A DNA stretch of 63,092 nt, counting the filler, from Tortispora ganteri (taxonomy: Eukaryota): NCBI GenBank assembly GCA_003707115.1. It is 27 parts of 27 records of this genome, joined end to end, with 100 filler letters (N's around TTAATTAATTAA, not from the genome) between each part and the next. Parts side by side here need not be neighbours in the genome. Positions count along the whole stretch, not along the records: positions 57,245 to 59,130 come from PPNB01000146.1; positions 59,231 to 61,113 come from PPNB01000147.1; positions 61,214 to 63,092 come from PPNB01000148.1; 24 more parts are not named here. One strand, 5' to 3'. Positions 57,245 to 63,092 of this stretch are shown in pieces. The translations under genes and the position numbers were made by a program. How positions within the stretch are numbered: the stretch's first letter is position 1; every line of letters begins with the position of its first letter. Under the pieces are notes generated by a model. The model saw nothing but the letters and a program-made list of their open reading frames with translations. It was not told the origin of the DNA and did not search any database.

Positions 57245-57349
57245 CTTTAATAATTCTTCAGATAATTCATCTTGAAGGCTTTGGTGTAATAGTATTTTCT
57301 TCTCGGGATCCTCAACAGAACGAAAAAGTTCGTCTTTTTGACCGTTCAT
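57245..57349 (-). CDS. Possible 5' end of an unknown gene
   Basis: MNGQKDELFRSVEDPEKKILLHQSLQDELSEELLK, open to the contig edge. Confidence 0.35.
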
Positions 57350-57632
57350 GGTAATCACAAGAAGGTTCCCAAATTGTAAAGATCCTAACTATTAACTAAT
57401 AAAACACCAAAAGATTGCAATTTATCTAGTTCATTACGCGGAAGAGCGATAAAAGCTGTACAAGAAATACACTAATTATATATGATTGGCCGTATGGTAC
57501 AATTTGACGAGCTACGCAAAAGTCCGATTTTACTGAATCAATACTATATAATATAACTATAATATACTTCTTAACGTACTATGGGGACATATTCCGACAC
57601 AATAATCCACCAACTACTAAAATACCTTTGCT

Positions 57633-59130
57633 CTAGACAGGAATAATCATCGCATAGATTTTCGAGTCAAACTTCACAGAGAACGCTACATTACCGAGAG
57701 TAGAAATCTGCGGAGAGGCTACAACACGTATCGGATACCACCCATCCGCTTGAACAAGAGCGAGGTTAAGAGACCAGGTATCGCTACCGCCAGGATTAGA
57801 CGCATTGTACCCTTCAGTGCCAATACTTTGCATGTTTGTACATGTCATAGCATTAGTTCCGACAAAGAGGTAGTACGAATCAGGCAGCATATAGCCAGAA
57901 TCTTCAGTTATATGCGACAACACGTTCTGGCCTTTCACGTAAACTGTCAACTCTATCAAACTTGGAGCGTCGTACGTTACCTCTAATTCATCGGACATGA
58001 CCAGCGAAGTCCTTCGTATAGTTCTCTTGTTCTCTCTGTAGATTCCGTTTGCAATCTCTTCTGCTGAATATGAGCTGATCTGCACGTCTGTATATATATC
58101 AGCACGATAACTCTCGAGAATTCCTGATGGTTGTGAAGTGCAATAGACATCAACAGTTTCAAAAGAGCTAAAAACACTAGTGATGCTAGATGAGCTTTCA
58201 GAACTAGAGACAGCAGAACTTTCAGAGCTAGAGACAGCAGAGCTTTCAGAGCTAGCAGTACTAGAAACATCTGAACTTTCAGAGCTAGATGAGATCTCAG
58301 AATAAGAAGAACTCAATACCTCTGAGCTAACAGAACTTGTAAGACTAAGCGAAGTAGTATGAGTAACCAAGCTGCTTGATTTAGCCGAGTTCACATAGAT
58401 AGATGAGTCCGTTGAACTTGATATAGAATGAGAACTAACATGACTAAAGGAGCTAAATGAAGGTTTAGGATTCACTGAGCTAACTGAGCCTGTAGAACTC
58501 TGTGCTAATTCACCAACGATATCATATTGGCCAGTCATGTCAACAAACATTTGTCCAGCTTGCCGTTTTCTACCAGCCTCAATAGGATGTACAACAACTA
58601 TTCTTATCGGATACCATTGACCGGTGAAATTCAGGGTAATATTCCAACCGCCGTTCAAGTTTCCTTGATATACTTGCCCTCCAGAACCAATCTCTTTTAT
58701 ATCATTGCATGACATTGCAGATTGGCCAATAAATATATATCCATATGAGGTTTCAACAGTGGAAAGAAGCTGTGAAATCTCAAATGTACCACTCGCATAA
58801 AACATTACTTCGATTAAAGGTTGATAAAGCATTTGTTCGACAAGTATTCCAAAACTTTCGATTGATGTATCAATAGGGGTAGATTCAACTGCTCGATACT
58901 CACCATTAGCGATATATTCAAAATCTCTATAATCGGTATAATATGCAGCAGCATATACCACACCAGCAGTGTATGGTGGAATAGAAACACACAGGTCTGA
59001 ATCAAATGATTGTGTTGTAGTTGTAGTACTTGTTGTAGTACTAGTGGGTACACTAGTTGTAGTACTAGTTGTAGTACTAGGGGGCACAATTGTATCAGTT
59101 GAACCAATTGTAGAAGTGACGACGGTCACT
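57633..59130 (-). CDS. Divergent family member (subfamily D) with two PA14/GLEYA-like domains (5' truncated)
   Basis: IANGEYR...FIGQSAMSCNDIKEIG...WYPIRIVV..GRKRQ, Ser stalk, then IANGIYR...FVGTNAMTCTNMQSIG...WYPIRVV. Confidence 0.75.
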
Positions 59131-59230
59131 NNNNNNNNNNNNNNNNNNNNNNNNNNNNNNNNNNNNNNNNNNNNTTAATTAATTAANNNNNNNNNNNNNN
59201 NNNNNNNNNNNNNNNNNNNNNNNNNNNNNN

Positions 59231-59426
59231 CGCTCTGAGAGAGACTAGATGCGGACGATGCAATCGAGGACACTGACGATGCAATTGAGCCAAGTGCAAC
59301 TTCTTCTTTTGTGAATCTTGCCTGCATGCTATCGATTCGCGATATTTGCCGCGAAACTTGTGCTTTCTTGAGTTCTAACGAGTCCATCGTTTGCGGATAT
59401 GTCGAAGCTTGGGAGGTGTCAGTCAA
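59231..59426 (-). CDS. Possible N-terminal part of a coiled-coil/Ser-rich protein
   Basis: Frame open to the contig edge (MDSLELKKAQVSRQISRIDSMQARF...); start uncertain. Confidence 0.35.
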
Positions 59427-59589
59427 CTACAGGAAGGGGTGATATCGGAACTGTCGAAATAAACTAGCAAAGAACAAAAAATAATAAATAATGAGTAACA
59501 TAAATATAGTGCACCTAAATAAAACAGTAAAAATAATAACACATAGCTTCTTTGTTTGTTTGTTTGCTGACTTTTGGAAAATTCCGAAC

Positions 59590-60276
59590 CTATTCGTAAA
59601 TGTCAGGACCGAGTTCAAACTTCAAGTTTGAGGTGCGACGCACCATTACGCGACCAGCGCTGCTTCTTCGTCGAGACAAATCCATTAAACTGACATTTGA
59701 AGTTGACCTTTCAGCATAAATCGCATCTTGTGAATCAAAAAGCGGAGAACTTAGTCCGTTCCATTTCTCGCCAAATTGAAGCTTCCTATCGGTATGCGAC
59801 AAGTCACTGCCCAAAGACGAAAAGCTCGATTTCCGACTACCAGTAGTAGTAAATCGCGTATTATAGTCCAAATTTTCTCGTGGTAATCCCATTCCCGTTC
59901 TACTATATCTTCTATTCCTTTTTAAAAGTGTGAATAACCTTCTAAGCGCTGCAGATCTGTTTCCGGGATCATTCAGCCGACGGTATGATTCGGAATGAGC
60001 ATCAGCAAATCTTTCGCGCGCTGCATTCACGGCATTTCGCGCAACAGACACTGGCGGGGAGTTTACATCTGCAATGGGCGAAATTATTGGTGCGTCTCGT
60101 ACAATATCATAGGCATCCATCAGAGCCGCATCTTCTTCAGCAGACCAAAGGATACTGGAAGCATTACTGGCATCGGAATCAATAGAGGAATCAGAATAAT
60201 ATCCATCATTAATACGAAAATAAGAATCATCTGATATATTATCGTAAACTTGTAATTGAGGCGTCGTGACAGCCAT
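59590..60276 (-). CDS. Hypothetical protein with a Myb/SANT-like W-S-x-E-E-D-x-x-L motif
   Basis: 228-aa ORF from ATG 60276; WSAEEDAALMDAY...SPP.SVAR.A...RRLF.LLK; Ser/Arg-rich C-terminus. Confidence 0.65.
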   Translation of the reverse strand: MAVTTPQLQVYDNISDDSYFRINDGYYSDSSIDSDASNASSILWSAEEDAALMDAYDIVRDAPIISPIADVNSPPVSVARNAVNAARERFADAHSESYRRLNDPGNRSAALRRLFTLLKRNRRYSRTGMGLPRENLDYNTRFTTTGSRKSSFSSLGSDLSHTDRKLQFGEKWNGLSSPLFDSQDAIYAERSTSNVSLMDLSRRRSSAGRVMVRRTSNLKFELGPDIYE

Positions 60277-60806
60277 CACGTTCTTTGAGTCTTTTGACAG
60301 ATGATTAATCGGTTTCTTTGAATATTAATCTAAATAAAGAGGCCGAGAACTTGAATGAACGGTTTATTCTTGTTAAGGTTTGCGCGTTTCTGTTAGCCTT
60401 TTCTAGGAGTGCAAATGTTGATAATGTTGATAATCGCTATATATACTGCTGCATATTTCAAGATAATTATACTTGATTCATCTTAAATTAATTTTAGAAG
60501 CACTTTATAACAAATTGATAGTCTACATCATTGTCCAAAAGTGTTTTGTGGCATTTGATCTGTAGATGAGTGTAAAAACCCCCCATATACAGCGATGCTC
60601 TTTTCCTCAATTATTTATCTAATTAGATCACCAAAGCTTGCGCTCTTAAAATTACACGTTAATTAAATAAATGACATAAGAACCTTTTCCTAGTACGATA
60701 GCATAATGAATTAAAACAAATATGATGTTTTAGCAGTTATGACGATCTGAAACTTATCTAACGATCAGATCTTGTTGTCATGTCAACAGTTATTTGGCAA
60801 AAAAAA

Positions 60807-61113
60807 GAGGATCAGTGGGTGAACACTTATATCACCAGTACTATACAGGGGATTACTGTGCAGGACTCCTCCCTTAGCAACGTAAATTGTTTTGCTCATA
60901 ATTCCTTCAGAAGAGGCTGAAATTTAATGAAAATAAGTGTGTTTTAATTGAAATTGCTAGATCTTTCGAATGGTAGTATTTTGGAGGCTAAATTCGGCGA
61001 TTTGGGGGGAAAAGTCACCCACCGCGAGGCAAGGCCTTAATTGGAAATTGGGACTTCCTCCTGGCGCTGCGATGTTTCCAGAGGGGTCGCCGGATCGCCT
61101 TGAAATTGCCATA
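60807..61113 (+). mobile_element. Unclassified insertion element, site 3
   Basis: Starts GAGGATCAGTGGGTG after an unrelated A-rich flank; near-identical to 27896-28118. Confidence 0.87.
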
Positions 61114-61794
61114 NNNNNNNNNNNNNNNNNNNNNNNNNNNNNNNNNNNNNNNNNNNNTTAATTAATTAANNNNNNNNNNNNNNNNNNNNNNNNNNNNNNN
61201 NNNNNNNNNNNNNTTCGCTGTCTCAAAAATGGCCTTTAACGTACAGAATATATCATTTGGTCTCGAGATCCACGACACGCACTCTACCATCGATGAAGCT
61301 AGACAGATGATTGCTATAGGGTAGGCTATATATGTGCCCTCGACCTGCCCACGGCAGTAGATGATCTGCTTTGATGCAATCTATAACACACATACTATTG
61401 AAACAATTGCCAGAACACCTCTTCTAGACCAATACTCTTATTAAAATGTAGTTGATTCAGACGGCAACAATACAATCTCTGACAGCTCGACCGAATCATT
61501 GTATTTTCAAACCGATCTGATACAATGCCGTGAGTTCAGAGCTAACCATCTAGCGTAATTTGGGACATTGGGATATCTTTACTTTGACTTCTTCAAAAGG
61601 TCAACGGATCGCCATAAAACAGTAATATATTGTACCTACACTTGTCTACATATTCATGTTTTATATATATGAAGCAATTATAACTCGACGATATTTCAAA
61701 AGTTTCATGGAGATTGAAAAGGTGATATAGATTGGTGGAAACGCGGTGGCAAGTGTCCTTATATTCCCGCCGCTTACCGCACCACTGGTAAATA

Positions 61795-62019
61795 ATGGAC
61801 GATCTTTTGCAAGAACAGTTTATATACAGCGCTATCTCCTCTAAATAGCTTATAACGGGCTCTGCAACATTAACAATAGAGAAAGAAAAGCGCCTGGACT
61901 ATATTGCTTCACTTCAGTCTGCTGACGAAAGAACCTGGAAGCGATTCAGTCGGACAGCTGAGAGCTATGTAATGTACTTACTAAGTGGCCTTGATATATC
62001 AAAGAGTCTTGTCGCCTGA
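61795..62019 (+). pseudogene. Degenerate paralog of the element-borne gene at 52670
   Basis: Shared upstream GGAAACGCGGTGG; MDDLLQEQFIYSAISS vs MDEKLLEESLYNAISS; DYIASLQS vs DCIASLQS; no GT donor at the equivalent position and an in-frame TAG. Confidence 0.65.
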
Positions 62020-62030
62020 ATACGACGTTA

Positions 62031-63092
62031 AATCACAATTTAGCTGAAACACAAGAACGTAGGTATATTCTTGATACGCCAGAATAGAGCCTAATCAAAC
62101 TGGTTTTCGAAGATCTAGTGCTTGCTTTGAAACAGCTTAACGAACAACAATATGCTACAAGATAATCACAGATGCACTCAAGCAGTTTAGGTACCAAGCG
62201 AAGGACCAGAAACCGCACAAAGAGAAATTGAGACTACCGAAAGTAAAGTAAGACTACCAAAAGTAAAGTATGGAAGCCGAAGTGAAGGTATCTGAGGTTA
62301 AGGCAAGACAGCCAATACTAAGTCAGAGACAAAATAGCAAATAATGATCTAGCATATCGATAGATAGCATATTTCTCAAAGTCGAAGCAGGTAGCTTTGG
62401 TGGTTTTTACGAGTACTGCGATTTGCTCAATTTCAAGGGCAAACTGTCATGAGCCGCGTGAGAGGCCTAGAAGAGGCTCTGAAGGTATTCTAAGCATAAT
62501 GTTCGGTTATTTGAGTATTTACTGACGTTTTAGAGGCTTTAAGAGCAATTTCTAAGAAATCAAGATTTTCGTGAAATCTGAAATTTTACCAAGGCTATAG
62601 CCTTAGTGTTTTTTGCGATTTTCAAGATTTTCACGATTTTCACGGTTTTCACAGTAAACTGTCACCAGCTGCAGAAACACTCCTTAAAGGTATTATATGC
62701 ACAAGGGAACGATATTTGAGTGTTTTGGTGGCGTTTGGGCCGCTATAATGACCACTTTAGAAAATTCAAGATTTTCGCGAAAGCCGAAAAATTACCAAGG
62801 GTGTAGCCTTGGTGTTTTTTGCCATTCCACCATTTGCACACGATTCTCGCGATTCTGCTAATTAGAAGCCACAAGACGCGCCAAATGCTGTATAAACATG
62901 CCCTAAAACTGTGATAAAGATAGTCGAAGAATAATCGATTATTTAGTGGAGTTTTAATGGTTATATACTGCTGTGGCAGGTTGAAGGAACATATATAGCC
63001 TGCCCTATAATTCCCCTTGCCAACCTTGGCAGTTTTGGATAAGTTTGATATTCTTGTAATACTGTCCAAAACAGTCGTGAATATCGTCGAAA
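62031..63092. repeat. Fourth copy of the dispersed block (reverse complement of about 22156-23218)
   Basis: The same 108-aa shadow ORF is present in both copies (22177-22503 and 62743-63069). Confidence 0.92.

Noticed and set aside
57305..57313. GGATCCTC as the opposite end of the insertion element
   Set aside because: Only 7 nt match, no further TIR similarity, and it lies within a probable ORF.

Overview
Eukaryotic DNA from a compact, intron-poor ascomycete yeast (possibly Starmerella/Wickerhamiella-like; this is inference and not verifiable here). The window is not a continuous locus. It is 27 unplaced contigs of about 1.9-2.6 kb, sorted by decreasing size and joined by 26 artificial 100-bp linkers (44 N + TTAATTAATTAA + 44 N), so adjacency across linkers is meaningless. 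Contents: (i) housekeeping genes or fragments: PEX11 (missed by the ORF track), NRK1, CAF40, two allelic CysRS copies, NPA3/GPN1, OCT1, an LRR protein, EME1/MMS4, MCM4; (ii) 13 contigs of a large family of Ser-rich cell-surface-type proteins with a Cys-rich N-terminal module and PA14/GLEYA-like domains, where the C-terminal domain has constant framework blocks alternating with hypervariable segments and the intact 5' ends lack a signal peptide; (iii) Ty1/copia pieces, including a half-tRNA-Lys(UUU)-type PBS and a solo LTR with a 5-bp TSD; (iv) an unclassified insertion element starting GAGGATCARTGGGTG, seen at three promoter sites (one with its empty allele present) and carrying an intron-containing orphan gene; (v) a multi-copy repeat block with 47/67-bp tandem arrays built from CCAAT + GGTTA(G/A)GG-like motifs, whose motif order and spacing recur in an otherwise diverged intergenic region.
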